Source: a virus (taxonomy: Duplodnaviria; Heunggongvirae; Uroviricota; Caudoviricetes). From it: 64,000 bases of DNA. Shown here piece after piece: positions 50,201-59,111 of this stretch (positions within the stretch are counted from its first letter, which is position 1; the number at the start of each line of letters is the position of its first letter). The position numbers were made by a program, and so were the translations under genes. The stretch lies in IMG/VR virus record IMGVR_UViG_3300020429_000539, positions 424,052-488,051 of that record; one strand, given 5' to 3'. The notes under the pieces were generated by a model. The model saw only the letters and a program-made list of their open reading frames with translations. It made no database searches and had not been told where the DNA came from.

Positions 50201-51175
50201 GACTACCTTGGCAGGTCGTATGATCGAGAATATCTTGATACAGACGAAGGCTATGATTTTGAGTTCTTCAACTTTGATACGCTGCCGGTTGAGGTCCAGA
50301 ACTCTATAAGTTTGAATCCTGTTCCTGGCTATCCGCAGGTGTGGGCTCTGCGTATTGAGCCTGGTGTTAAGAGTTACTTGACGGCTCAAAGACTGATAGC
50401 TCCGCCAAACTCTTTGAATGGGTGTTCTGTTGACATTGATATGTTCGTCACGGGCCGCATATCTGATGTTGAGGGCATTTGCCGAGTAACAATATTCCAT
50501 GATTATCGTTGTGTGTTTGATACAGGTCTTTGCGATTTCTTCTGGAACCTGACCGACCCACCGGAACCAGAGCCTCCCGAGCTTATTGAAGACAACCTTG
50601 TTTTCAACTATCAAACGCTCATAGACTGTCAGAGGCTTGATGTTGATAGCGATGGAAGCGTTAACGAGTTTGGTGCGCCTGTTCTTATTAACATTCAAAA
50701 CGTGCCGACATTTGAGAACGGTAATGCTCTCCTGCTTATCAAGAGCTTGTATACGCCTGAGATTCAAGGATTTTATTGGCCTTCGCGGTCTGATTTCGCA
50801 TTCATACAAAGCGGAAACTGCGACTTTATCAGCGACAATGCGGGTTTAATACAAAGGCTCAACCAGCAAGCTCTTTATCTTCCTGGACAGCCAGACCCTA
50901 TTACAGATGGCTTCCAAATACTATCTTTGATTAGTACTGAAGACTCCTATCTTCTTGTTGACCCAAGATTCCAGTTTCCTGTACAGGATGTCAACAAAGA
51001 CTGTAGTGTGGATGAAGTTGTTGTATCAGGTATTGGATTTCAGTTCAAAAACTGGACCAATGGAGTTCGTGAAGAAGATATCTTAATCGGCGTAAATCTA
51101 GTTCTTGGAGGAGACGTGTTCACTGCTCCTGAAATGCAGCTATGTTACCGATACTATTATGATCAGGAAAACTAA
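47240..51175 (+). CDS. Large acidic putative virion structural protein
   Basis: 1311 aa, D/E/T/S/N-rich, Lys-poor, repeated TxxDxVxxIN-like helices. Confidence 0.6.
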   Translation: MPASEIEQLTFQEFRFAGDTQPFFTGDAETLIESPWETLVDLPATPPITERVTVEITAISSEVVSNQVTYGGNYKPVIEDIDVSGDDLTDVQVSTIVSSLSVTPGAKNETDVFDFQITPIAAIGAQRFTVTVPYQEQEIDYPDNTIEIPFIRAYEGASPPSGDNWIAIANGIFAAKAGTVSEDIPVLSLENIVNPGERTVAELRAGKAGDLFTIRYAEDVVGRVVFSAAYSPPVEPFINEAGKRLGPYARYSVNVTPTATTVVHSLGFGIVLNPGGLEEFDTFESDAYLLSIKSGAGFELTAATGSTNRDFWRWTVNDDFPKYTRDAIAVTNNYSKNLIVEFRNVSDEITCRIQGEDSNGAFRVLDVVITDLTIDESVAEIIDQLPSRPGWANALSFSYDSVFGGCRSSTFENEVNCTFCSPEKVISAGTTVNFLVYMPTIPGASGLSVTFNYSDGIPTLEEIADVYNLFRDQHDLWLPMEPVYDINMPDSWKTSNLTPLALRGPSQTRFWDNQDSVETQGYWLGGNAYFNASFSPALGNTFTHSNYATIGELVTAFNNIYGSDSFFASSGLFYDFLPMSYYIPNTTIFEEFNSLFSSPADAIYRAVSGIDGRDDTPIANNTNYSVSDYATIDDFVAQINTDYSSIIDASVPTSGNGNASPTTINSQADQDFLNFGDSVTLFTTEVTNDVRTLTLSAFLTLEDFVDRLNSEWNAKDIFYEIHPDAIDRIDAVPTALLTTNGQISLNGTDSVDAAILLGEVNEVNPPVPPREDVSIEFNVRFADDGNPNSETGIQVALGGYTIDGINFFNSAPNTFFEPVFNTIFDIEFTTIEADTIWLLVRTRENVDGTVYSSDVDNYTATARYSNGFPTQTPGVFQTTDSAFVDVWGEDSLGGEMPVAIPVKGQSTRIDVDITETNILDSLNVTLFNIPSSLNEFAFLARNRTNDNQSMEESQTGRVFGLVLDNRGAWDVLIGPEATIREIADGEFDYLGRSYDREYLDTDEGYDFEFFNFDTLPVEVQNSISLNPVPGYPQVWALRIEPGVKSYLTAQRLIAPPNSLNGCSVDIDMFVTGRISDVEGICRVTIFHDYRCVFDTGLCDFFWNLTDPPEPEPPELIEDNLVFNYQTLIDCQRLDVDSDGSVNEFGAPVLINIQNVPTFENGNALLLIKSLYTPEIQGFYWPSRSDFAFIQSGNCDFISDNAGLIQRLNQQALYLPGQPDPITDGFQILSLISTEDSYLLVDPRFQFPVQDVNKDCSVDEVVVSGIGFQFKNWTNGVREEDILIGVNLVLGGDVFTAPEMQLCYRYYYDQEN

Positions 51176-51178
51176 CGC

Positions 51179-53083
51179 ATGGGTATTTGTGAATTTGAAA
51201 GAAAATGGTGGCACGCTCGTCTTGAAATAGAAGACCAGAATAATAGCGTACAGTCCACACATACCACGGTAGACCCTGCTGATGCTGGCGCTATTGCTGA
51301 TTCTACTATCACCGTGCGTGTGGACAACGCTTCTTGTGCTGTGCAGACAAATCCGCCTGCTGCATGGGATGCAACTAAAGCACCCGGTTGGTTTATATTT
51401 CGCCCCACAGTAGAGGCTCTCGGCGGCGATAGTTCAGGTTCTATTGTTGCTGTGTCTACTTATGAAGACGTAATCAATATAGAAAACCGTCGTGTTTTTC
51501 GCTATACGCTTCTTGCGGCATATGATAGTATAGATACTGATTGCACAACTACAGGCCCACCCGATACTCACTGTCCTGAGTTTGCCGAGGAAACGATTGA
51601 TGACTTGAGCAGTATTGTATTTCGTTTTACTGCAACGGAGTTTATCGAAGAACTCGGATGTTGTGATATTCCTGTTGTGCCACCTGACCCGCCAGGACCA
51701 GGCCCGGGTCTTATTCGCGAATGCTTCAGACTATGGATTATCGTTGAAGGCGATGGCGCAGAGATCAAGCCGCATCTTTATTCATGGGATTTGGAACTGG
51801 ACCCATCAGAAGCTCTTGTTGACCGTGGCGCTATCGATGATGCCATTGTTGGCTTATCCGCTGAGCGAGAATACCATGACCTCGCCTGGGAAAGCCGTAA
51901 CTTTTTGTGGGGTCTAGAGAAAGATGGCCTTAAGCGTATATTACCTGGTAATGATACAAGAAATGCGATTGGCGTACCTGCTGCAAATATACAGTATCTA
52001 ACTACTGATATATTCCCCATTGATTCTTCTTTGGGAAGACCGGGCATGGCATATAATCAGAATAACGGCAGACTGTATATCTACGCAAACAATCGTTTCT
52101 ATGAACTAGAGCCTACGGGCGATAACGCTTGGACCGTGACCAAGGAATCCTCGGGTACCCTTGGAGATACGGATGTAGGCGATATCGCGTTTGACCCGTT
52201 TGGCAGCGCTTATTCCATTTATAATAGCAATCTGTCCACTATCAACTATGCGGACCCTCCACCTGCATTTGGCATATCAACGTATGTGCAGGATAACAGC
52301 GCTTTCGATACTTTCAGAGGTATAGACTTTGCACTTGATATTGGCAGCGAAGATTTCGCGAGTTTATATGGTGTAACTTCTTCGGGACAAATCTTCGTAG
52401 TCGATAAGGAGACTGCGGCGACGACGATTTTGACGGGAGCCAATATAGGCGAAACCGCCGTGGGTATGAGCAGTTGCCAGGCTGGCGAAGACCTCAGAGT
52501 TTTCCCATTCCCGTTCTATCCAGGCGAAGCGCCTTGGGCTTTTTGGGTTGATGTATCTGGTTCTATGTTTAATACAGGTACAGGTGATACAATTAAAATG
52601 ACTCTAGTCAAGTCAAGACTAACAGATTTTGTTCAACAGTTCGTTGAAGACGGCGATCAGATGTGGCTTTGCAGATTTGGCGATAGCTTCGCTGCAACAG
52701 AAACAACAAGTAAGCAAGCTGCTCTGAACTGGGTTGCAAGTTTGCCAAGTGATACAGACCAAACCACTAACTTCTGTGGTCCAGGTCGAGCGTTTCCCTC
52801 TCTTTGGAGCGGAACATATGGAACGAGTACGTTGCGTAGTGTAGTTGTTATAGGCGATGGCGTATTTGGCGATTGTAATAGCAATTTTCCTACGCCCCCT
52901 GACGGCGGTGGGGCACCGACCAGTTTTGAAGACTATATAACTCGTGGTTTTGCTGTGGCGCGTGATTTGCATGATACGCCAAACTTTACTATCCGTACTG
53001 TATCGGTAAATAACCCAAACGTTTCTTCTTTGGAAACGCTTGGTACGCTCGGTTTGGGTGGCTACTATATCTGGGAAGAATAA
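51179..53083 (+). CDS. Beta-propeller-like plus von Willebrand A domain protein
   Basis: DLAW/GMAY/DIAFD/GIDF blade motifs; MIDAS VDVSGSM...T...IGDG. Confidence 0.7.
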   Translation: MGICEFERKWWHARLEIEDQNNSVQSTHTTVDPADAGAIADSTITVRVDNASCAVQTNPPAAWDATKAPGWFIFRPTVEALGGDSSGSIVAVSTYEDVINIENRRVFRYTLLAAYDSIDTDCTTTGPPDTHCPEFAEETIDDLSSIVFRFTATEFIEELGCCDIPVVPPDPPGPGPGLIRECFRLWIIVEGDGAEIKPHLYSWDLELDPSEALVDRGAIDDAIVGLSAEREYHDLAWESRNFLWGLEKDGLKRILPGNDTRNAIGVPAANIQYLTTDIFPIDSSLGRPGMAYNQNNGRLYIYANNRFYELEPTGDNAWTVTKESSGTLGDTDVGDIAFDPFGSAYSIYNSNLSTINYADPPPAFGISTYVQDNSAFDTFRGIDFALDIGSEDFASLYGVTSSGQIFVVDKETAATTILTGANIGETAVGMSSCQAGEDLRVFPFPFYPGEAPWAFWVDVSGSMFNTGTGDTIKMTLVKSRLTDFVQQFVEDGDQMWLCRFGDSFAATETTSKQAALNWVASLPSDTDQTTNFCGPGRAFPSLWSGTYGTSTLRSVVVIGDGVFGDCNSNFPTPPDGGGAPTSFEDYITRGFAVARDLHDTPNFTIRTVSVNNPNVSSLETLGTLGLGGYYIWEE

Positions 53084-53096
53084 GAAGGAGTCATAG

Positions 53097-54152
53097 ATGC
53101 AAAGAGACCCCTTCGAGCTATCTCAATACACTACTTCATTTAACAGGCAAGATGTCTTTGAGCCCGATGCTCTCATCTTTGCAGAGTTTGACACTCAATT
53201 TGCTATAGTCGCAGAGCAAATCAAAGCTCGACAGCAAGCAATATCTATTGGCTTTAGCGTTCCAGATTTTTCTTTTGTAAATGTTGAGGCTTATGAGGCC
53301 TCAACACCTGCCGGTGCGGTAGATGGTATTCTTTTATTTCAGCAAGCTGTTGAAGAGTTTGTGACAGGTTCTTTGATAGAGAGCTTTGGCCGCTTGTCAA
53401 GCTGCGATAGTGTTTATATAGGGTTTTTCCATTTTGAAAATGGTTTTCCGATTGTAGGTTTGTCAAATATCTTGCCCAGTGACCAATCTGATTGGACAAC
53501 CCCACCGGATCCAGGGGACATAGAAAGCGTAGTTACTTTTACCCAATCTATAGGAGACAATCTCAATGAGATAATCTTTGCCCTGAATGTTCTTGAATAT
53601 ATCCATGGCAGAATGGTATTCAGGTATCCCCTCGATGATTCATGCGGAGGCGCACCCCCTACAACTGCCCCTCCGCCAACGGCACCACCACCTACATCGC
53701 CTCCCCCAACATCGCCACCAACAACAGCGCCAACTGCGCCTCCTACGCCACCGCCTACAGCAGCCCCAACTGCGCCTCCACCGCCACCTACATCTCCTCC
53801 ACCACCACCTACATCTCCTCCACCACCACCTACATCTCCTCCACCGCCACCTACAACAGCGCCAACTGCCCCGCCGCCCCCGCCAACATCTCCTCCGCCG
53901 CCACCGACATCTCCTCCACCGCCACCGACATCTCCTCCGCCGCCACCTACTGCGCCACCGCCTCCAAGTCCTCCACCACCGTCGCCACCACCGCCGACGC
54001 CTGGTCCTGCTGCGCCTCCGCCTCCTATGGGGCCAGGGCCAACGCCTGTAGCGCTTGGTTTTAGTATCGGAGTGCATCCTGTAGACCGCTCAGAGAATAT
54101 TAACTGGGGTCTTGGGAAAAATGTCGATGGTATTAGCATTGAGGACATCTAA
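53097..54152 (+). CDS. Pro/Thr/Ser-rich (extensin-like) protein, paralog 1
   Basis: AAGGAG RBS; conserved ~185-aa N domain then TSPPPPP/TAPPP repeats. Confidence 0.8.
   Translation: MQRDPFELSQYTTSFNRQDVFEPDALIFAEFDTQFAIVAEQIKARQQAISIGFSVPDFSFVNVEAYEASTPAGAVDGILLFQQAVEEFVTGSLIESFGRLSSCDSVYIGFFHFENGFPIVGLSNILPSDQSDWTTPPDPGDIESVVTFTQSIGDNLNEIIFALNVLEYIHGRMVFRYPLDDSCGGAPPTTAPPPTAPPPTSPPPTSPPTTAPTAPPTPPPTAAPTAPPPPPTSPPPPPTSPPPPPTSPPPPPTTAPTAPPPPPTSPPPPPTSPPPPPTSPPPPPTAPPPPSPPPPSPPPPTPGPAAPPPPMGPGPTPVALGFSIGVHPVDRSENINWGLGKNVDGISIEDI
53652..54047 (+). repeat. Coding tandem repeats (TSPPPPP, TAPP)
   Basis: 21-nt units such as CCTACATCTCCTCCACCACCA. Confidence 0.9.
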
Positions 54153-55147
54153 TGCAAAGAGATCCTTTCGAACTATCTCAATACACTACTTCATTTGACA
54201 AGCAAGATGTCTTTGAGCCCGATGCTCTCATCTTTGCAGATTTTGAGGCTAGTTTTACTATAGTTGTAGAACAAATTAGAGCTAGACAAAAGGCTGTTTC
54301 CGTAGGTTTTAGTGTTCCTGAATTTCAGTTTGTGGATGTAGAAGGCTTTAATGCGACCACGCCGGCTGGCGTAGTGGACGCTATTCTTTTATTTCAGCAA
54401 GCTGTTGAAGAGTTTGTAACTGGCTCGCTTATTGAATCATTTGGCAGACTTTCATTCTGTGACAATGTTTATATAGGGTTTTTCCATTTTGAAAATGGTT
54501 TTCCGATTGTAGGTTTGTCAAATATTTTGCCCAGTGACCAAGCCGATTGGAGCAAACCTCCTGACCCTAATGATATAGAAAGCGTAGTTACTTTTACCCA
54601 ATCTATAGGAGACAATCTCAATGAGATAATCTTTGCCCTGAATGTTCTTGAATACATTCATGGCAGAATGGTTCTGCCATATAGATTAGATGATTCATGT
54701 GGAGGTGCGCCTCCTACAACAGCGCCTACTGCGCCTCCACCAACTGCGCCTCCACCAACTGCGCCTCCGCCAACAGCGCCTCCGCCAACAGCGCCTCCAC
54801 CTACGGCTCCTCCACCTACGGCTCCTCCACCAACTGCGCCTCCACCAACTGCGCCTCCACCTACGGCTCCACCGCCTACAGCGCCTCCGCCTACAGCGCC
54901 TCCACCTACGGCTCCACCGCCTACAGCGCCTCCACCTACATCTCCGCCGCCGACATCTCCGCCACCGCCACCTTTTATTCCGCCACCCCCATTAGTTCCT
55001 GGCCCTGGCCCCGGAGTTCCACAGGCGCTAGAAATGGGGCCATTTGACTCGACAAGAACGCTCAGTCCTGATTCTAGATTCTCGCGATATGGAGAATCAT
55101 ACGGATTGTCGAAGAAGATAAATGGCGATGCCATTGATGAAATGTAG
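54152..55147 (+). CDS. Pro/Thr-rich protein, paralog 2
   Basis: TAATG overlap; N domain nearly identical to 53097. Confidence 0.8.
   Translation: MQRDPFELSQYTTSFDKQDVFEPDALIFADFEASFTIVVEQIRARQKAVSVGFSVPEFQFVDVEGFNATTPAGVVDAILLFQQAVEEFVTGSLIESFGRLSFCDNVYIGFFHFENGFPIVGLSNILPSDQADWSKPPDPNDIESVVTFTQSIGDNLNEIIFALNVLEYIHGRMVLPYRLDDSCGGAPPTTAPTAPPPTAPPPTAPPPTAPPPTAPPPTAPPPTAPPPTAPPPTAPPPTAPPPTAPPPTAPPPTAPPPTAPPPTSPPPTSPPPPPFIPPPPLVPGPGPGVPQALEMGPFDSTRTLSPDSRFSRYGESYGLSKKINGDAIDEM
54728..54970 (+). repeat. 15-nt coding repeat, 14x TAPPP then TSPPP
   Basis: Synonymously varied ACN GCN CCN CCN CCN units. Confidence 0.9.
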
Positions 55148-55159
55148 TGAGGTAGTAAT

Positions 55160-56698
55160 ATGAAACCTGTGATGTCTTTTTGGTCTAAGCCTTATCAGAT
55201 GGGTCTACATAATAAGTGGATAAACGACAAGGCTTTTCGTTTATCGTGGGCTCTTTCTGTTAAAGCAGTAACCGAGTCGCATGAAAAACCTGTTCTGTAT
55301 ACTGACGAAGAAGGCAAAAAACTGCTCGTAGATGAGTATGGTCTTGAGTTTGCAGAAGTCAATGTTTGTCTTGATTCCGCGCTTGCGGATGTTGATCCAG
55401 CCTTTTCTAGCGCATCAAGATACTATGTAATGACCCAAGAAGCGGAGCCGTTTTTCCATATCGATTACGATATGTTCTTATGGGATGCGCTGCCGGAAGA
55501 TACTGTAACACAAGACGTTATTTTCCAGGCTCAATGTGTCTTTGATAACACAAAAGAGGAGTTCAATACTTTTCAATCTGCACTACACAGACCAGATGAG
55601 ATGTCAAAAATAGTTGAGGTCGATGACTACTGGAAAGAAGCCTGTAAGAACAATATGTTCCGCTCATATAGTTGCTCTCTCGTAGGCGGAAACGATATTA
55701 TGTTCTTGAATTTGCTAGGCCGAGAGGCGATGGCTTATGCTAATAAGTTTAGCGTTGAAGAGCGAAAAGCCTTTGATGCATCATGTAGGTCATCCTATCC
55801 CGAGGATGCAATACTCGCAGAATATGCTTCTCAGACATATACTACGATAGCAGAGTTTCTGCCTTTTGCTTTAGCCCTCCGAGAAGAAAAGAAGCCTGTG
55901 TTCATGACCAATGAGTTTGGCATGCATTGCTCAAAATTTACTCACGTATCGTATGCAAAATCGCGCAACGAAGAAGTATACGGTATGATGATAAAGAGAT
56001 TGCTTCTGTCAGACGATTTAGATGCTAGTGCGTTCGAAGTCAAGCAGTCCAAGGTTCCCAAGGTTAGCATCGTCATCATACCTAATGACCAGGATAGTTT
56101 GTACGACTGCGTATTGAGGTCTATCGTTCCCCGCAAGCTTGCTCCTGATGAAGTTATTGTTGTTGACAACGGTATTCGTGTATCTGAACGAAAGTTCTTG
56201 GACCGACTTGAGAATGTAAGAGTTGCCGAGGCCTCTCCAGTGATGACAGAGCCAGAGTTGATGAGGTTTGCATCAAAAGAAGTTACCGGAGATTTGGTCA
56301 TCTTCATATCGAGCCATGTCAAGGTTCCTCGCCTTTATATCGAGAAGTCTATAGCTGCGCATCTTCAGTATCCCAACGCCGCTTTCTGCGGCGCAGCAAA
56401 TGAGTTTAGCGATTATCAACGACATGAAGGCTTCGCGTATGGTGGGCATTTCGACGGTAAATCACCTGTCAAACCCGATGTTTCCCAAAAAGAATGTGTA
56501 ACACGAGAAATTTCCAATGTAGATTGCCTTTATGGAGGTCTTTATATCATGCCAAGAGGCATTATGGAAGAAGTTTTCTCTGTTCCACAAAACTCTATTG
56601 AGTACATCTCGACGTTTATCAAAGAACACGAGCATGACCTGCGTTGCATCAAGAATATGCTCGTGTCGCAAAACTTCAAGCGAGCAGCATCGGCATGA
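55160..56698 (+). CDS. DUF6734-like GT-A domain fused to GT2-like domain
   Basis: SFWSKP...SWALSV...LYTD...PFFHIDYD; then KVSIVI...EVIVVDNG. Confidence 0.65.
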   Translation: MKPVMSFWSKPYQMGLHNKWINDKAFRLSWALSVKAVTESHEKPVLYTDEEGKKLLVDEYGLEFAEVNVCLDSALADVDPAFSSASRYYVMTQEAEPFFHIDYDMFLWDALPEDTVTQDVIFQAQCVFDNTKEEFNTFQSALHRPDEMSKIVEVDDYWKEACKNNMFRSYSCSLVGGNDIMFLNLLGREAMAYANKFSVEERKAFDASCRSSYPEDAILAEYASQTYTTIAEFLPFALALREEKKPVFMTNEFGMHCSKFTHVSYAKSRNEEVYGMMIKRLLLSDDLDASAFEVKQSKVPKVSIVIIPNDQDSLYDCVLRSIVPRKLAPDEVIVVDNGIRVSERKFLDRLENVRVAEASPVMTEPELMRFASKEVTGDLVIFISSHVKVPRLYIEKSIAAHLQYPNAAFCGAANEFSDYQRHEGFAYGGHFDGKSPVKPDVSQKECVTREISNVDCLYGGLYIMPRGIMEEVFSVPQNSIEYISTFIKEHEHDLRCIKNMLVSQNFKRAASA

Positions 56699-57618
56699 AA
56701 GCTCTTGCAATCTGTTTCGATAGATTCTGGACCAATCCCATCGGCAGCGCTTTGGTGTCGTTGTGTCAAAAATATGATATAGAGTTACACAAGCCAAGTC
56801 TTCGTAAATACGGTAAGGCTGAAGAGCATGCATCTCTTATGCAAGACTTCGATAACATCATTACTTGGGGATGCTATCAAGAATCTTCGTATGAGATGCT
56901 TGCCAAACGTAATGTCATCTATCTAGAGAATGATATGTTTGGCGATAAGTCGTTCTTTTATATCAACTCGGCAGGGTGGCATAGCAGGTCAACTCTTTCA
57001 TCGCATCTGTTGAACAGAGAGGAGCCCACAGCATACCGGCGAGATGAAGCAATGACCTATATTGAAAGGCTCTTCGGACATGAAGCGTATTGCGGCTACA
57101 AAAAGGATGGTCACTATCTTGTAGCTTTGCAGTCTCATTGGGGCTGGGATTCTCAACTGCTTGAAAAGGTTCAGAAATACCTATCTGATAAGCCCATATG
57201 TGTCCGCTTTCATCCTCATCAAGACAAAGAGGCATACGAGAGGACTATTGCTTTCTGCGATGCTCAGGGATGGGAAATAGACAAAAGAGATTTAGGCGAA
57301 TCGCTTGCTCAATCCCGAGCCGTTGTTACAAATTTTAGCAGCGTGTTTATCCGGTCTATCGCGAGAGGAATTCCTACAGCGACTTGTATGCCAGGAATAT
57401 TTACAAACTCGCATTGTACTCTTGAATGCGTCCGTAATCCGCGAATGCTTTCTCAGTTAGAGAACTATCACTTTGACCAGGAGGCTGCTGAGCGTATGTT
57501 ATGCGCTTTATACGACAGCAGAGTTGCTTCTAATTCTTCCCTTGATGATTTGATGGAAAATGTTCACATTGCATCGTGGATCGTTGGTTTGGGAAGGGTG
57601 GTAGCTTCTAATTACTGA
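56695..57618 (+). CDS. KpsS-like GT-B protein
   Basis: YLEN, LVALQ, VRFHP, VVTNFSS; ATGA overlap. Confidence 0.55.
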   Translation: MKALAICFDRFWTNPIGSALVSLCQKYDIELHKPSLRKYGKAEEHASLMQDFDNIITWGCYQESSYEMLAKRNVIYLENDMFGDKSFFYINSAGWHSRSTLSSHLLNREEPTAYRRDEAMTYIERLFGHEAYCGYKKDGHYLVALQSHWGWDSQLLEKVQKYLSDKPICVRFHPHQDKEAYERTIAFCDAQGWEIDKRDLGESLAQSRAVVTNFSSVFIRSIARGIPTATCMPGIFTNSHCTLECVRNPRMLSQLENYHFDQEAAERMLCALYDSRVASNSSLDDLMENVHIASWIVGLGRVVASNY

Positions 57619-57627
57619 ATTTAAGGT

Positions 57628-58227
57628 ATGCGTAAAGCATTCCGAAACATCAAACACATTACCCTCAGAGGCCGCAGGTTTCGCATTATTCTTTGTTCTA
57701 GATTAGGGCCAACAGATAATCCTAATCATGGCGAGTGCTCAGACCCAAGGTCTACATCGCCAATGATACGCTATTATGTTGGACTCAGCGGCGAGCGGCG
57801 TCTTGATGTTTTGATTCATGAGATGCTTCATGCTTGTTTTTGGGATATCAGCGAAGAAGGTATACAGTTTTCTGCTACGGACATTGCCAGAAGTCTTTGG
57901 AGATTGGGGTATAGATTACCAGGAGACCGCGTAGATCGCCGCGAAGACCCTCCTAAATATATCATGCTTCGTAACAAGAGATATCGTTATGAGCGTGTTG
58001 CAGGATTGCCTACTGGCATCAATGGATATACAACTCGTGCAGACCTTCCAAATAAGACAATCAAAGTTCGAGTCAGTCTTAAGGGCGAAGAAGAATGTGC
58101 CGCTCTTCTCAAATACATGCTTTTTGCATGTTATTGGGATATGTCAGAAGAGTCTATCAGAGAGACAGCCGATGATATAGCTAAGGCTCTATTTCGGATG
58201 GGGTATTCGCGAGATAGCATAATCTAA
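57628..58227 (+). CDS. Tandem minimal zincin-like domains
   Basis: IHEMLHACFWDISEE repeated as LKYMLFACYWDMSEE. Confidence 0.6.
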   Translation: MRKAFRNIKHITLRGRRFRIILCSRLGPTDNPNHGECSDPRSTSPMIRYYVGLSGERRLDVLIHEMLHACFWDISEEGIQFSATDIARSLWRLGYRLPGDRVDRREDPPKYIMLRNKRYRYERVAGLPTGINGYTTRADLPNKTIKVRVSLKGEEECAALLKYMLFACYWDMSEESIRETADDIAKALFRMGYSRDSII

Positions 58228-58262
58228 AAAGGTTTTGTTAGAATTATCGCCAATAAGAAACT

Positions 58263-58730
58263 ATGAACTGGTGGAAAAAAGCACAATCGAATTCAAACTG
58301 GTGGAATGAGTTCTATTATCATATGAACAACACCGCTGATTTTGTGCTGCAAGATGCTGGCATTGCGGTAGAGTCTCATAAAAACTCCATCAACGATGGT
58401 CAACGAGCAAATTTTATGATCAAAGCCTCATATGAGGGCCAGCAATACACTATACGTATTCAGCTTGAGTTCGCCGAAAGACTGAATAATCTACAGTTTG
58501 GACCTATGGGCACAGGCCGTCTGGAGGGGATACCGATGTCTTTTGAAGCCTTATTAAGGTCATCAGTTTTTGTGTTAACAGGAACAGAAATTGTGGCTCA
58601 GCAATATCTGTCACCGAATGATTCGTCCCCAGCAAGGCTTATGACTGTGGCTAAGGATGCTATTATTAGTCACACGAACGAACGTAATGCATATAGCGAC
58701 TATGACCCAGCAGAGCCCGATTACGAATGA
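58263..58730 (+). CDS. Hypothetical protein with MNWWKKAQ motif
   Basis: Shared N-terminal motif. Confidence 0.7.
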   Translation: MNWWKKAQSNSNWWNEFYYHMNNTADFVLQDAGIAVESHKNSINDGQRANFMIKASYEGQQYTIRIQLEFAERLNNLQFGPMGTGRLEGIPMSFEALLRSSVFVLTGTEIVAQQYLSPNDSSPARLMTVAKDAIISHTNERNAYSDYDPAEPDYE

Positions 58731-59059
58731 ACTGGTATAAACGAGCCAACATGGTAAATATTGTAGCATTCGTTGCTCAATGGATTCAGTCTGCATATGA
58801 GACGGTGCCTGATGCTACTCGATTTGTTCAGGAGATTCAGGCACTCGACCCAATGACTGACCCACAACAGATTCGTAACAGTATCGATATGGCTGCGGCT
58901 CAGATTACACAGCAGCAAGGCGGTCAGCTTACGCCCACGCAGTCGCAGTTTATTCAACTTGTAAACAGTACGATTAATGATCCTGCCATTGAATCTAATA
59001 CTTCAATCAGTAATAATATGGATCAGGTTAATCCTGAAGCGATTGAAACAATTCAATAA
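58727..59059 (+). CDS. Hypothetical Gln-rich protein with MNWYKRAN motif
   Basis: ATGA overlap; shared motif. Confidence 0.7.
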   Translation: MNWYKRANMVNIVAFVAQWIQSAYETVPDATRFVQEIQALDPMTDPQQIRNSIDMAAAQITQQQGGQLTPTQSQFIQLVNSTINDPAIESNTSISNNMDQVNPEAIETIQ

Positions 59060-59077
59060 AGAGAGTCTATATCAAAT

Positions 59078-59109
59078 AAAAGCCCCCGTCTGTAGACGAG
59101 GGCTTTTTT
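59078..59109. terminator. Bidirectional intrinsic terminator between convergent genes
   Basis: AAAAGCCCCCGTC-TGTA-GACGAGGGCTTTTTT. Confidence 0.85.
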
Positions 59110-59111
59110 GC

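Noticed and set aside
53414-55134. Gly-rich, Arg-rich and His-rich alternative-frame ORFs
   Set aside because: By-products of proline codon repeats in the two real paralogs.
58226-58256. Possible SigH-like promoter AAAGGTTTT-N11-CGCCAAT, and CGATA motifs near 28574, 28899 and 39563
   Set aside because: Too few and too variable to define a consensus by eye; needs genome-wide motif discovery.
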